64,000 nucleotides of DNA, from contig NW_027192212.1 in assembly GCF_041956535.1 (NCBI RefSeq), positions 65,153-129,152 of the forward strand, given 5' to 3'. Within the stretch, counting starts at the first letter, position 1; each line of letters starts with the position of its first letter. Under the pieces are notes generated by a model. The model was not told the DNA's origin. It was given only the letters and a program-made list of their open reading frames with translations, and ran no database searches. The position numbers were made by a program, and so were the translations under genes. This document shows, one piece after another, positions 36,330 to 49,633 of the stretch. The stretch is from Calcarisporiella thermophila CBS 279.70. Taxonomy: Eukaryota; Fungi; Calcarisporiellomycota.

Positions 36330-38337
36330 TCATGCAACTTCAGTATCTTCCACCTGTTCACCGAAATACATGTCCATCAACCCTCCCGCAACATGCCTAA
36401 GTTGAGGATCCTCCATTACTGAAAGGGACTCAAGAGCCTCAATACCTTGTATTGACTCGATCAACTGTTTTCCCTAAATTATTGCAAACCCTAATTTAGC
36501 TAACCATCATAGAGGTCTTTTAAAGTAGCATAAATACTTCTGGCACATGGGTTAGCAACAGTTGAATATAAGTCAATCCTAGTTGTATCATTTCTGGGTC
36601 TCCACCACGCACAAAATCGAGGAACACTGGTAATAAATCATTATGCGGAAGCAGCTGAACGTGTTCTGGTCCATGTGACGCAATGTTGACAAGACTGAAG
36701 GCAGCTTCTTTGCGTAGGTCAAAATTCGTATGGGCAACAATCGACGAGAGCACAGGAACGAAGCCAGCGTCAATTACTTTAGAAAGCGTTTCTGCTCGCC
36801 TTCTATTAAAGACAAAGACAAGCGGATTGAGTTAGAGGAGTACAAAATAGTTAGTATCCATGGCGAATACATACGCAGCCGTAATATTGGACATGACCCA
36901 AAGGCTCTCCTTTTTGACGGAGCGACATTCCGACTGAATGTATTTAAGTAACAACGGCAGAAATTGAGGTTCTTTGAGTAACTCATCATCAAATTCATCT
37001 GGACCACTGGCTATGTTGCCCAGAGTTCGAATAAGAGGAATGGCAAGGGCGCCTCGATCCACCATTCTTGGCATGCATTTCACCTAAATAGGCGAGGAAA
37101 TGCCCAGTTCATGCTTGAGAATAGCTAGGGAAAAAACATGCCGTAGACATCACTTACCAGCAATGGGACCAATCCTTCACGAATTAATCGCAATATATTC
37201 TGCTCATTTTTGCAAGTAAGGTAGGTCAGCACCCACGAAACCTCTGAAATGACTTCTCCGGCTTCGTCTTTGGCAAGATGTTGGAACAAAAGCTCCGATA
37301 TCCCGGCATCAAAAAAATCATCGAGCCGAGGATTTGCGCCGCGTGCTAGATTCGAGAGTGCAAAACATGCGGTTTGCACAAGTTGTAGATCCTAGAGGGC
37401 CAAGGTTTTGGAATTAAGTAAGTGTACAACGGAGATTGGAAGAAAGGAGGGAAGAGCAATTAAATACCGTTGATTTCAGCAAGTTGATTAAGGGGATCAA
37501 CACTCCGTTCGCACGTAAAACATCACGAAACTCGTCCCCCTCCACGGCCATGTTTCCAATTGCCCAGGCGGCCTGATCTTGTAGTCCATTATTTTCACCC
37601 TGAAGCAGGGTGATTAGGTAAGGGACTGTAGACAAGGCTTTTGTGCTAAGTTCTGGGGACCCTGCTGCAATGTTAGTGATGCACCACGTCGCCTGTAGCT
37701 GCTCCTCGGGGTCCATCCCCTTTAGATATTTCTTTCAAACAAAAAGCAGACAAAACGTGAGCGCAAGCAGGGCGGGATATTCAAACTTCAAGAATTACTG
37801 TCAGAATATCCACGCATTCCCCATTAATAACGAATTCTTTCAGCGTATCGGGAGGATCTACGAGGTATTTGGTTAGCTGCCTCATAGCCTCCATTCGGGT
37901 TTCTTGCGAAGGACTCTGAAGGACACATGGCAAATTGAGCACAAGTTTGAGGTTTCAATGCACAAGGCATTCCACGAGTTTACCTGCATGTTATTCTTCA
38001 ATTGCTCGACTTCGCCAGCCGTCAAAAAAAATTCCGAATCTAAAAATTATGAATAGACGGTCATTTCGAGCTGCCTGACAAGTAAATGGCTAACAACAAA
38101 TGCACCATCGTCTTCCCCTAGGGCCATTGTTTCACGCGTGTGCCGAAAGCGCTTAGCGGTTATAAGTTGCTCGCGCTGCATTTTGCGAAGCGCGGCATCG
38201 GCTGACAAACGTCGCTTGCGCACTTCTTCAAAAGTGGGAAGGCGTCCATAACGAGAGAGGCGATTTTTATTACTCGCATTATTGGACGGAATATTCGGAT
38301 CTTTGGGGGGCGATTGATTGTGGTTATGAGAAGACAT
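36330..38337 (-). CDS. Importin-alpha-like ARM-repeat protein (divergent, TMCO6-like), multi-exon
   Basis: IBB-like RKRR..LRK.QREQL..KR N-terminus. ARM motifs WCITNIAAG, WAIGNMA, FALSNL, RTLGNI and WVMSNI. Confidence 0.85.
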
Positions 38338-38578
38338 TATCGGCTGGTGTTAGGAAACAAGCAAACCGGTCCTTCGCCATTTCTCACACCGCCTTATTAA
38401 AAGAAATGAAAAAGCTAAGCCTCCAAGAGAAAATTATTAAAAATTCGAAATGAAGCTAAACTCCTCTACCAAGGAACGAAGATCAGTAAGCACAAGGAGA
38501 GAACCACCGCAACGAGGACGGAGTATATATGCTCTCTCTATACCACGTTCTTTAAATCGTCATCTGTGAAGAACAAAT

Positions 38579-39752
38579 ATGCCCTCCACCCTCGCATGGC
38601 ATAAGTTCACTGCCGCAGTCCTCCGAGTCGTTAATACGATACCCTTTGTCTTAATATCTGCAGTGATCGTATGGAGTTATTATGCATTTGTGCTGAATCT
38701 ATGTCTCTATCTTTGGAATGTACATCGCGTTCAAGGTGTGATGTTATTTCATCATCTCGTTCTAAAAAGGTTGAGATATACTTACCCAGTTGACTTTTCT
38801 ATTTTCAAGCCATTCTCTACCTCGTTGCACATCACATTCTTTTTCTACTCTTTACCTGGTCATACTGCAGGGCTTCATTTACTCCACCTGGAAGCCCACA
38901 GGATGTAAGCTCGTTCATAAAAGTACAATTTTGAGCCTAGCTCTACGTTCTCATGTAATGTCATTTTAGGCCAAATTCAACCCATCCGTTGATCAAGAAT
39001 CTCTTCTTCCCACTGCAACCACAATCCCAGTCGACCATCCTATTGCGCTTGAACCAGTGCTCGTAAAGCGAGACGGCAGGCCCCGTTTCTGCAAAAAGTG
39101 CCAAGGCTCCAAACCCGACCGTGCTCATCATTGCCGGGTATGTGGCCGCTGCATCCTGAAAATGGATCACCACTGCCCTTGGCTCAATAACTGCGTTGGG
39201 TTTGCAAACTATAAATTTTTCTACCTCTTTATACTGCATGGGGCTATCTATTGCCTTTGGTGCTGTATCGCCACCATTTTCCCTTGCTGGGAGGTGATTC
39301 TAGATCCGACGATAGTAAGTGGATGGACCCCTCTGGTCTACGCACCGATCCCCCTCTAACTCTTTATGTATCTTGTGAATCGTAAGGGGCTGCTTAACCT
39401 CTCTATCCACTGGATTCTGATGGTATTCCTGGGCTTCGCTCTTGGCGTCGGACTTATCGGCTTCACTGCATTTCACACGCGGCTTCTCCTTGCCAACCGG
39501 ACCACCATTGAGAGCTTCGAGCGCACCAACTACCGGGTTGGCCATACCAGCGAGGTCACACGCAGCCGATACCTGAATCTATTTGACATAGGCTGGAGGC
39601 AGAATTGGGTGCAGGTTATGGGCCCGAGGTGGTGGCTCTGGCTATTGCCGGTCTATACAACACTGGGAGATGGGAGGAAATTTCCCCTGTGCAAGTACGG
39701 TTATCAAACCGTCAACGGGTCGGAGGAGGACATTGCTGGGATGTCTGCGTAG
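38579..39752 (+). CDS. DHHC palmitoyltransferase (Pfa3/ZDHHC2-like), 4 exons
   Basis: [30 protein letters not shown] and N.FD.GW..NW. Confidence 0.93.
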
Positions 39753-40390
39753 TAGGAAAGTGAATTAATTTATCAATTCTCGTAAATACTTGTCTCCGTG
39801 TATCTTTTTACGTCCTCTTCTTTTCCATTCAGTACTTTTCAATTCGTATTTTAGGATATGCTCGATTTCCCCATGTTTGACTGCCTGTCTATATTCTCAT
39901 CCCCACCCCCACCCCTTTTTTTTTTTGAACACCTCATTATATATTTCCTATCCTACCTTTCTCTCTTGCAAATTTCCACTCCGTCCCCACTGGGCTGTCC
40001 TCCCCTCCCTCTCCTCCCCCATTCACTACTCTTTCGCGCTTGGCATAGAATTGAATACACTTATTTTAATGTCTCCCAAGCAGTTGAAGCAAACAGTATC
40101 TTATGAGATAGTCAAGCAAAACCAGCAAAAATGAATATTAAACATGGAGTAAACAAAATAGAGCCGTGGTGAAATAAGGTAGCCCGGGTCTTCTACGGAA
40201 GAAGAGCGGATTGCACTGAGCAGTGGATAGAAAATGTTCCAAAGTAAAAGCAAAAAGTCCGACATGAATGACTATCCATCCCAGAGATATGATAAAATAA
40301 AATTGCAAAAACAACACAGAATAATAAAAGAGACGAGAATAATGATGGGGAGGGGAGGAGGGGGGGTATTTTAATAAAATAATAGATACA

Positions 40391-40949
40391 TTATAATATG
40401 GTACAGAGGCGACATTGCTGGGCGTTTTTAGGCTTAATTATATCTATATGCGATTCAAGAGGACGGTGTTCACATTAGTACCATAGGGCACAAAAGCAGA
40501 GTGTGAGAAACCAACATACCATCATCATCGTCGTCCACAAAAGGCCTGATGGTCAAATGGGCGACTGTTGATGATCCAGCATAAATGCGATTCGCTAATT
40601 ATATGCATTCCAAAGTCGCCAGTTATTGGATCAGTTCACATGCTAAGAATAAACAGCTAGCAACTCACACTCCAGGGTCGTGTGCTCGTCCAGGAATCGC
40701 CCCAGATATAATAGCCGCAGTTGGTTAGGGGATATGGGTTTCTCATCCTGCCATTCTAAGATAGAGAAGTGAATTTCCACTTCCTCTGACAAAGGCAAGA
40801 GAATGATAGATACCCTTCGGCCAAGAATCATAGACTTCTCTTTTAACTTCCCACACCGTGGCCTGTGAATTAAATACAAAACTGTGCCGGAGGCCGGAAA
40901 CAAGAAGTAGTGTTAGATGAACTTTGGTTGGGGTGGCGGATTCTGTCAT
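40391..40949 (-). CDS. UBL3/MUB membrane-anchored ubiquitin-fold protein, multi-exon (start may lie further upstream)
   Basis: LLVSG.RH.F.F, WPK|EW and LRLLYLGRFL. The last exon gives ...QQCRLCTIL*, a CaaX box with an upstream Cys. Confidence 0.85.
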
Positions 40950-41326
40950 GGCATCAAATTCTAGGGTCAAAAATTAGAAGCGAAGGGAAGAAGAAGTAGG
41001 CTTGAATGTCAGATAGATGAGCATTTCGGGTGCCACTGGCGATTTGGGGAGGAAAGGGGATATTTTTATTCTTCTCAACCCGATTTTCCTTTTATCCTCT
41101 GGTTGTGTTCACCTTTGCACTTTTCTCCACAAAACAGAGAAACGGCGGGTGCAGGTAGGAGCCTTAAAACGGAATTTGGGTTGCCATTGGGACGTGCTGC
41201 GCCACCCAAAGTGCTCTCTTCTTTAAAACCGAACCAAGGGATCCAGTTACGCTCATATATATTATTCAACCGATAAATAAAAAACCATGATACAACTAAT
41301 GACTAGTACTGCCGTCGCCCCCACCC

Positions 41327-42039
41327 TTAGAGTTTCTTCTTCTTGTTTCCCTTGGTCATCTTCTTGATGCTGGCTCGGTCCGTCAGCGGCTGTTGCATAA
41401 GTTGCCCGAAGGGTCCTTCCACCTTGAAAGGCCGACGCACGCTCTGACCCCAAATATGCACGAGTGCAACCTTGCTAGTCAGGAAGCTCTTGAGCGGGAG
41501 CACAAGCTGGATGACAAGCGGGGGGCAGGTTCCCCACCACAAGTGGATAACCGCCGTAAGGAGCATACCGATCAGAAGCTGGGACCTTAGCTTCTTGGCC
41601 TCTGTGAGATCGTAGTCGTGATAGGTTGTGGTGATGAGCTCGGACTCGGTTTCTCCTGGTTTCGGGGGCTCTACATATTTCAGCTGGGTCTGATCTATTG
41701 GGCGGAGATGGAGCACAGCGTTAGGGACGAACGCCATGGGATTGGTTGAGGAATGACCCCTTCCTGCTTACCGTCTTTCTTCGCAATAAGCTTGATGAGG
41801 CGGAAGCTCAGACTGAGCACAGTTAACTGGGCGCTCACATATAGAACGCGCAAGATCAACAGAGCAGCTGGATTAGTAAAATCGAACCATCGCGACACCT
41901 GCAGCAGGCCGAGCGTCAGCCCGATGCTAATCCACTAGATGTCCAGAAAAACGTCAAAGAAACAGAATGAAGGAGGCGTGAGGAGAAAACTTACAGTGTT
42001 GGTGGCCAAGTTGAGGAGTCGCTCCTTCAATTCTGTCAT
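41327..42039 (-). CDS. PHO88: Pho88/Snd3 ER membrane protein, 3 exons
   Basis: LKYVEPPKPG, TT..DYD, HLWWG..PPLVIQ and RRPFK. Confidence 0.88.
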
Positions 42040-42404
42040 GATCTCGTGCTCTCTCTCTCTTTCCCTAGTGTGCACCGTTCTAAAATGATGGGATGATCTA
42101 TCTCTTAGTGCCTCTGTGGAACTGAAAATAAAACTCCAGCAGAGGCTTATGACATTTCGTCCTAAGAGGGGAGATATCCCGATAGGCGGATAGGATTCAT
42201 TGAATCCGATCCTTGATGCATTTGCGCTTTACATATTTATTATTATTATTATTATGGCCATTAGCGATTGAATACACAAACTATTTTGGACTATATTGCT
42301 ATTAAAAAAAACTACTAAAGCTATTAACACCAGCCGTATAGAGACCCTCACACTACTTTGTTTTGGTTATGGGGTGCGATGGAGTTAGAGTTTGACAGGG
42401 TCCT

Positions 42405-43118
42405 CTAAGGCTCAGTCTCCAAGGTTCTCGCGAGAGTCACCTCGTCCGCGCCAAGCTCCCTAATACTCTGCATTTTCGGCACATTTCCCGTCACAACCCC
42501 CTTGGCCATCTCCATCGCCCGACCCAAGGCTCCCTTGTCCTTCAGGGCATAGCACACCGAGTGCGTCTCGAGGTAGATCAAGCTCAGGCGAGGGTCATCC
42601 TTCCCGCCATCATGCGTTCCATCTCCAAGGTCGCCCAGCCACGCGCGTAATGTCGGAGTATAGAGTTCCCGAATACGGTTACGATCATCCACGACTCGCG
42701 CCTTGCCCGAGATGGAAACCCATTCCTGGGTTGAGTCGCGGAAGAATGCAAGGTTAACATGAGGATCATGGGCAAGTTCTTCGAGCTTGTGGCTCTGGTT
42801 GTTGGTGAACAACCTAGTGAGTATAATGGACCAAGGTCAACCTCAAAAGGATCATAGAACGAGAGGTCGGGTTCACTTACCAGAAATCGATACCCTTGGC
42901 TCTCGATGCAACGCTCATGGCTCGGCTCACCAAAAACCCATCGCTCCTACAAAGCACGGCGTTGTAACACAGAAAGCATGGACTCGAGCAAGGAAGTTAG
43001 CTTACCGGCGAGTGCACAACAGGCCCGTTTTCATGTTGTCTACGAGCTCATACAGGTCATGGATTTGCTCCTTCAAAGGGACATCCGTGTCACGATTCTT
43101 TTGCGTAGTAGGATCCAT
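42405..43118 (-). CDS. BLI-3/general stress protein 26-like FMN-binding split-barrel protein, 3 exons
   Basis: Spliced LCTRRSDGFLVSRAM..DFWLFTN..SHK, plus WVSISG and AWLGDLGDG.HDGG.DDPR. Confidence 0.88.
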
Positions 43119-44095
43119 GCTTCTTTGATTTTTTTTCTTTTACAAAACGTTTGTAAGGTGTTTTTGTTCTGGTGTGAATTGGCAGTGTGAAGAAAAGTAG
43201 AAACGCCTTTCCACCCCCCGGGGGGCCTATATCGAGATACCTTGGGCGTGGGACAATACCAATTCCAATTATGGTCGAAACAATAAATTAATGATCCTGA
43301 ATTCTTTTCCCGATCATGGAGACCTTCTAAGTCACATTTCATCTCTTCCGCATAGCCTTCTTGGTGTATAATCCCTATGGCGCGTATCGCCCCCTCCCTA
43401 CCCCTGCAATAGTGGCCTCGATCTCTTTTGCTATGTTCTACTGGGCTGGTTTCTCTTGGAGCCGAGAGTAGGGTAAAACCTTTAGTTTGACTCCCACTCC
43501 ACGATAAGGGAGGATGCAAACGGAAAAGAAGCAATGCCAACTGATCCCTTTTACCTATATTGGATCACCCACTAGACCATCCATGTTACCTTCTTTTTTT
43601 TTTCAATTCTCTATCACAGCTCCCTCTACCAAACTGAGTTTCAAGAATGCAGGCCAATCTGGAGTCTACTCGAAGACACCTGGATCTTTCCTTCCTAGGC
43701 TTGTAACCTCAAAGAGAGAACGGCCAACTTAGGTCAGTAGGCCAATGATCTCTAAGTATCTGATGAAAGCCACTACTGACATTAATAAATACACCTCTTT
43801 TAACAATGGATCTGTCGCACGACAAAGGCTATGCGGAAGCCCATTCTACATCGAGTTTGGTAGAGAGGGTTTATTTAATTTTTATTATCATTTTTTTAGA
43901 GTTATATAATTAAAAGACTGTAAGTGTGTAGCAAGATTGGCCTTCTACTCATTGGAAATAGAGAAGGGGTAGATAGGAAAAGGGAGAGAAGGGGTAGGGA
44001 TAGAATAGATAGACAGAACAAATCGTCATAATGTATAATGGGAAACATTTACATAAGAAATATTTTATCAACACCACCATGCTCGCTCAACCTGT

Positions 44096-46038
44096 TCAGA
44101 TAAGGTCCGCCCGATCTTGGTCCTTGAAAATCTTCCGGAGCTCGCTCACCTCTCGCTCGAGCACCCGTCTCTGAGCAACGGCACGTTTTCCAATCTCCTC
44201 AACCAGCCCCTTCAGCTCCGGCGAGAGGGTGCTGGTGTTGATATTGGCACTCACCTCCTCCATCACGCGTAGCACCGTGCTGAGCTGGTTGGGGAGCCAG
44301 GTTACGATGGGGGAGCCGCCGGTGGCGCGGGGGTGTTCGGTGTGCTCGAGAATGTATTTCTTGGTGAACTGCCAGTGGCGGTGGCGGAAATCACGGATCT
44401 GATCCACGTTGGCGAGATAGAGGGCTATGGGATGCAGACAAAGGGGGGAGCAAGTTCAGTTAGTTCACCAGATTGCTAGTTAGCGCCATCATCCGAGGAG
44501 GGGACCTACCCGTGCTCTCGGGATCCTCTTCCGCAAACCGCCGCACGCCGGCCTTGGAAGCCCTCTGCTGCACATGCTCTAGGAATTCGCGGTGGTTCGT
44601 GGGGCGGTAGGATCGGAAGTCGCGTAGCACTTGCGTCAAGGGATTCTCGGGCATCCGCAGGGTCAGCTCAAGCAAATTGTCGCCCAGCGGAACCATGGAG
44701 TCGTTGGCGCCCGATTCGCCTCGGAAGAAGGTGGGCTCGTCGCTCACGCCCTCGTAGATTACTCCGTGCGGGAACATGGGCTGGCTCTTTGTCCCCATGA
44801 TGAATGTGCGGAATCGCAGATACTCATCGGGCGCGGAGCGCTTCCACATCTCCTCCATCTCCCTGTTAATGATGCGGTAGGTATTGAGGACGTTGCGAAG
44901 CCCGGTGTTGAAGGCGACTCGGTCGCGGTGTTCGGCGGCCTCGAGGGTGCGCATGCTCTCCTTCACGAGCGGCCCCGAGTGAGCCACCATGGCGACATGA
45001 CAAAGGATGAACCCTGACTCCGAGGCAGAGCCCTCGAAACTGCGGATGCACTCGAGATTGGAGTAGGAGAGGTCTCCCTTCGGATCCTTTCGCTTGTAGT
45101 TGAATAGGCTATAGGCATGGGGAGAGATGAGAACAGCAGTCGATGGATCGATGGAGAAGCAATTATATAACCCCAAGCACAATGGCAAGAGCAGACAGCC
45201 CGGATGCAAGTCATCGTCCAGGAAAGAAAGGAGAAGAAGAAAAAAAAAGCGAATTCAACCGAATGAAAAATTGCCTTACCAGTAACTCAGTGCATATTCC
45301 ATGAAAGGCTTTGCTTGAATTTTCTGTGCAACAATGGAGAGCGGCACGGCAATGTTACGCGGGAGGATCTGGCGGCCGATGCCATAGTCGCGAGTGGCTC
45401 GATAACGCAGGTCGCAGGGCTCAAGGAGGTATGCGGATGCGGCAAAAGTGTAGTCGCGATAGAGTGCTATATGAGAGAGAGGGCTTGAGTTGGAGCTCAC
45501 ACAAGATCACATGGAGGGGGTGGGGGGGAGTGGAAGCGAGGCTCTATCAACCTACCCGAGAGCACCTGGTTGTCGATCACGTCGCGGACATCGTACTCGG
45601 GCAGCTTTAGGGCCGCGTCGCCGAACTTGCCTTGGGCCAGGAGGCCCGGCTGTCCGTTGCGCTTGCTCACGGGCATGTCGTTGAGGAGCTGCTCGAGCTC
45701 TCCAAAGCGGCTGGGGAGCTCCACGAGGGGGTCCTACGGAGGGAGGTGGGGGTTAGTGCGAGGCCAAGGGTTGATCACGGGAATGCGACATGAGCATGTC
45801 CGGAATGTCAACCTACTTGGCGGGGAAGAAACCCGTTTTGCGTCCCGACCATGAAGCTGGGCAGCGACTTGTCGTGGACACGAGGATCCTCCAGCACGGT
45901 GAACTCGCGGGGGAACTCAGGCGCCTGGGTCGCGCCGGTGGCCAACAACCGCACGGGGGCTCGGGCGCCTGGGAGGCCCAGGGCGAGAGGCCGGGCGGCA
46001 TAGTGACGTGCAAGGGAAACGGCAAGGACACGGATCAT
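44096..46038 (-). CDS. Indoleamine 2,3-dioxygenase (IDO-gamma/IdoC type), 5 exons
   Basis: NGFLPR, SESGFIL.HV, FRTFIMG, FRGESGANDS, DFRSYRP, FRHRHW and ATGGSPIVTWL. Confidence 0.92.
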
Positions 46039-47951
46039 AGTTAGGCTGGTTCTTCGCTCTTTCGGATGGGTACAGATGCAGGCTCTTTGTTCGATGGCAG
46101 TGGGATGGAGAATTCCGATGGTTAAGGCTGGTTATGGAGGGTGTGAAAAAGAGAAACAAAAAACTCGACCTCAAAGTGAGCAGCCGCTTTAAATAAATTT
46201 TCTGAACAGCCCTTCTAGCCTCTGAATCCGCGGGCATTTTTAATTATTTAACTCGTGGGACTTCTTCAGTTCACGGTGTATTTGGGTCACAAGACTCCAA
46301 TTTATTTGTGACAGCCTCGATTATTTAACGGTAAATTCTCACGGTGGAAAATGAAGGATTCGACTGCCGTCCGAAATGGATGGGGGTGGGGGGAAATTGC
46401 AAATAATTAATCCGTTTCAGACGAGACTGGGAGAGCGTGAAGAATAAGCAATGTCACCTCTTTTTTTTCGTAATCATGCTGGCCCTCGCTTCCTATTGCT
46501 CGGGCTCTGGCCGGCTCTGGCCGCCGTCTCGGGCCTTTGGTCTCCGTCACGTCTGCCCTCCCCATCATCGTCTATTTCATTAGAGGAAGGCAGGGGAAAG
46601 AGAATTTAGCTTAAGTTTTGAGGCAGGATGAAAACACATAGCCGAAAAATGAAAGTCTGAATTCTAAAAAAAAGGCCCCAGAAGGAAGCCTAATGCAACT
46701 CTGTGTGGGGTTACGAAAGACGGAGAGAGAGCAAAAAATATAGGAAAATTATCCAGCCCCGCGATTCTGAGAGTGGCAATGGTTACTCTGCCGTCTGGTG
46801 CAACAAGCATGCACCATCAACAGCCATACGTCCGCAGTGATCAGAGTGTTTATGCTTTTTGTGCGACCCCTTATCGCCAGCTGGTCAAGGGCACGGATGG
46901 CGGGGAGAGTGAGGCCGCCGCCGTAGGCTTCAATTTGCGATTTTGCGGGGGGGGCAAAGAAGCCCTGCCATGGTGGCCGCCCCCCCCCCCTTATCTAGAG
47001 CGAGTGACGTCGTGGTGGCTGAGACGCCTCAAGGCGACGGAGTACACGCTCCCTTGAATTCTGATCCATGCATATGCAGAGGGTGGAGAGGAGGGAGGAA
47101 AAACAGTGGGGTGAAGGGCACAGCTAGAGCCCGTGCGGTGAAGGAGAAAAGTCAGCCGTGCTGCAGCATGCGCATTGGGCCGTGTTAAGGCCCATGAATG
47201 GGGAGCTTATGTGTCTGCTAATCATCGCAAGGGTGGGGCAGGGCTGGGCGCGCCAATCTTGGTGACGTAAAGTGATCCAAGAAAGCCGGAGTTTGTGCGC
47301 TGGTGGAAAGCTTTCAGACGCGGTCGGCCATGGTGGCAACCCAGCCGCCGTCACGTCTTCCCTAAGCCACCCGGCCTGCCCATGGCCTGCGTGGACTCCC
47401 GTCTTCCTTAAATGTCGTCCCTTCTCAGCTTGTGCCTCTGCGCTCCCATCGCGCTCCCGGTAACCAAGCGCACCCTCTGGTCCTTAGGGCCGTCCTCACG
47501 TGACGCAATACAAAACACTTGGCGGTTTTCGTTGGATGCTGGCGCCTGCAAAGAAATCTGCGCTGGATTTGCCCCTTGCTCTCCCCGACAGCGTCTGCCA
47601 CCGGCTCCACAAAAAGCCCACGCCGGGGCCGTGGCGACTCTGCCGTCCGGCCGCAACTGAGCCGGAGCCCAGCCACCGGCAAACGCTTGTCGCGTAGCTC
47701 GCTTGTGCGCGGCCGCTTTCCCTGAGCTTTGGCCTTGTCGCACCCTCTGCTGCCCGTCGCCCATTCACCGCGCTGCGGTTCTGTCGCCGCTCCCCTCCCC
47801 TCTAGAAATCAGCAGCCCCAGCGCCCAATCGCATGCCCCGCGCAAGCTTAAGTTGGCCAACTTTAAATTACACTCCGCACCAATCCGCGGCCGGTTCTCA
47901 CACATAGAGGATCCGCAAACTCACGCGTTTTCACTTTGTTTTGTAGTAGAG

Positions 47952-47961
47952 TATATAAAAG
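47952..47961 (+). promoter_or_regulatory. TATA box upstream of the 48273 gene
   Basis: GTATATAAAAG followed by a long CT-rich leader. Confidence 0.55.
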
Positions 47962-48272
47962 TGACTCTTTTTGAACTCTGAGCGTCTCTTCCTCTGCTCT
48001 CTCCTCCTCTTCCCATCGGCTCGCTTCTCCTCTTCCCATCGGCTCTCTCCTCCCCTAATTCCCTCTTCCCGCGGAATCCTCCCCCACCTTCGGCCCACTT
48101 TCCCCCCTGGTCTCTGCTGATTCCTCTCTAATCCAGGCACTTGGTTTGCTTTCACGAGCGCAGGCCGCTACCCCAAAGTCCAATCTACCTCGTTCACTTG
48201 GTTGAGCCAGGCAACTCCCGTAATCAACAACAGCAACAGCAACAACAGACATCGAAGACTATCACCCGCACC

Positions 48273-48551
48273 ATGCAATTCAAGTCCCTTATCGCGCTCT
48301 TCTCCCTACTCTTCGCATGCCTTCTTCTTGCGGCAGCCGCACCCGTCACTCTTCCCACCCCCGGAGAAAAGGCGGCCTCCCTTCTACGCCTCCGCGTTCG
48401 CTCCTCCGAAATCTCCCTCCTGGGCTGGCTCTTCGGGAAGCCCGAGGGCGTCCAGTGGACAAGCGAAGAGCTGATTCAACTTCAGGAGAGTATGCGCGCA
48501 GAGGTCGAGGCGCGGAGGGATGCCCTCGCGGGACTGTTGGCTGAGCCATAG
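48273..48551 (+). CDS. Small secreted helical protein (92 aa), unknown family
   Basis: Strong context CACCATGC and signal peptide MQFKSLIALFSLLFACLLLAAA-AP. Possible RxRxR processing site. Confidence 0.75.
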   Translation: MQFKSLIALFSLLFACLLLAAAAPVTLPTPGEKAASLLRLRVRSSEISLLGWLFGKPEGVQWTSEELIQLQESMRAEVEARRDALAGLLAEP

Positions 48552-49633
48552 GCGCAGGTAGGAGTAGAGCGTGTAGTAGCAGTGGTGGCGGCGGCGGTAA
48601 CGGTAGTGGTGTTGCACGCGCCAGTGGTCATAGTCTGTAGATGACGTGTATATGAAAACCTCTTCCTCTCATTGTATTATGTTATGGTATAAAATGTATA
48701 CTCGCATCACGTTCATTCCTGTACATATGATACTTGGTCTCCATTCAGTCCTCTTCTCCCTCCCTCCCCCTTGCTTGTCGCCTAGGTCGCCCCTCCCTTT
48801 ATGCCTCCTCGTCCTCCTCCCCTTACTGAATGAGATCTATTAACCTCCCGGTTATTGTTATTTATTATTTTTTGTTTTACATTTATATTTTTTAATTTTT
48901 ATTCTTTCTAATATGAACCTGGATTTGTGTTAAAGTCATCTCTCTCTCCTGATGGGTGCACAAAGCGATCCTCTGCTGACTTTCACCGCCACGCCTATTA
49001 TTTAGAGTTGATGGGCAACGTTTCTGTGAGATTACCTAAGGAACGAGATGTGGCAGGGATAGCTTGGTCAGAAAAGTGTCCCCTCTCCCTCCTTGTCCTG
49101 CTGACTGCCTGGTCCAGGTTCTGCTGGAGGAGAGGGCGAGAAAGTGGGAGGAATCCCCATTTATTCCTATTGATTGCGAGCTAGGTGGTATTTGAAAGGT
49201 TAAGACTTGAAAGGCTCCAAAGAGGATCATCAACAGTTTTATAAAACATGGGGGAAAAAAAAAAGATAAAAGAGGAAGAAAGAAACATAGAAAGTCATTA
49301 TGCAGATAGTAAAATAAATGGGATGGCTAAGAAAAGAAAAAGCGAAAAAGAAACGAGAAAGCCGGAGGCGGAGAAGGGTTAAAGGGGGCGGGAGAGAAAT
49401 AGAAATAGTGATCCAACGGGGGGGGGGGGGGAATAGGAGAGGAGGAGGAAGGGGGGAGGAAGGGAAGAAAAAGTGAATGAATAGGAGCCGAGAAAGCAAG
49501 AAGGGGAAATCTTAGTAGTATAACATGGAAATAGCATGAAAAAAAAAATATACAAAAGAGAAAACAACAGAAAAAGTGATCATAGTCTAAGGCACAAACA
49601 TTGAATAAGACTAGTACTCTAAGAGGCTGGGGT

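Noticed and set aside
46773-48252. Many overlapping 60-120 aa ORFs
   Set aside because: Expected in GC-rich DNA. They show no motifs or consistent frame, so the region is treated as regulatory.
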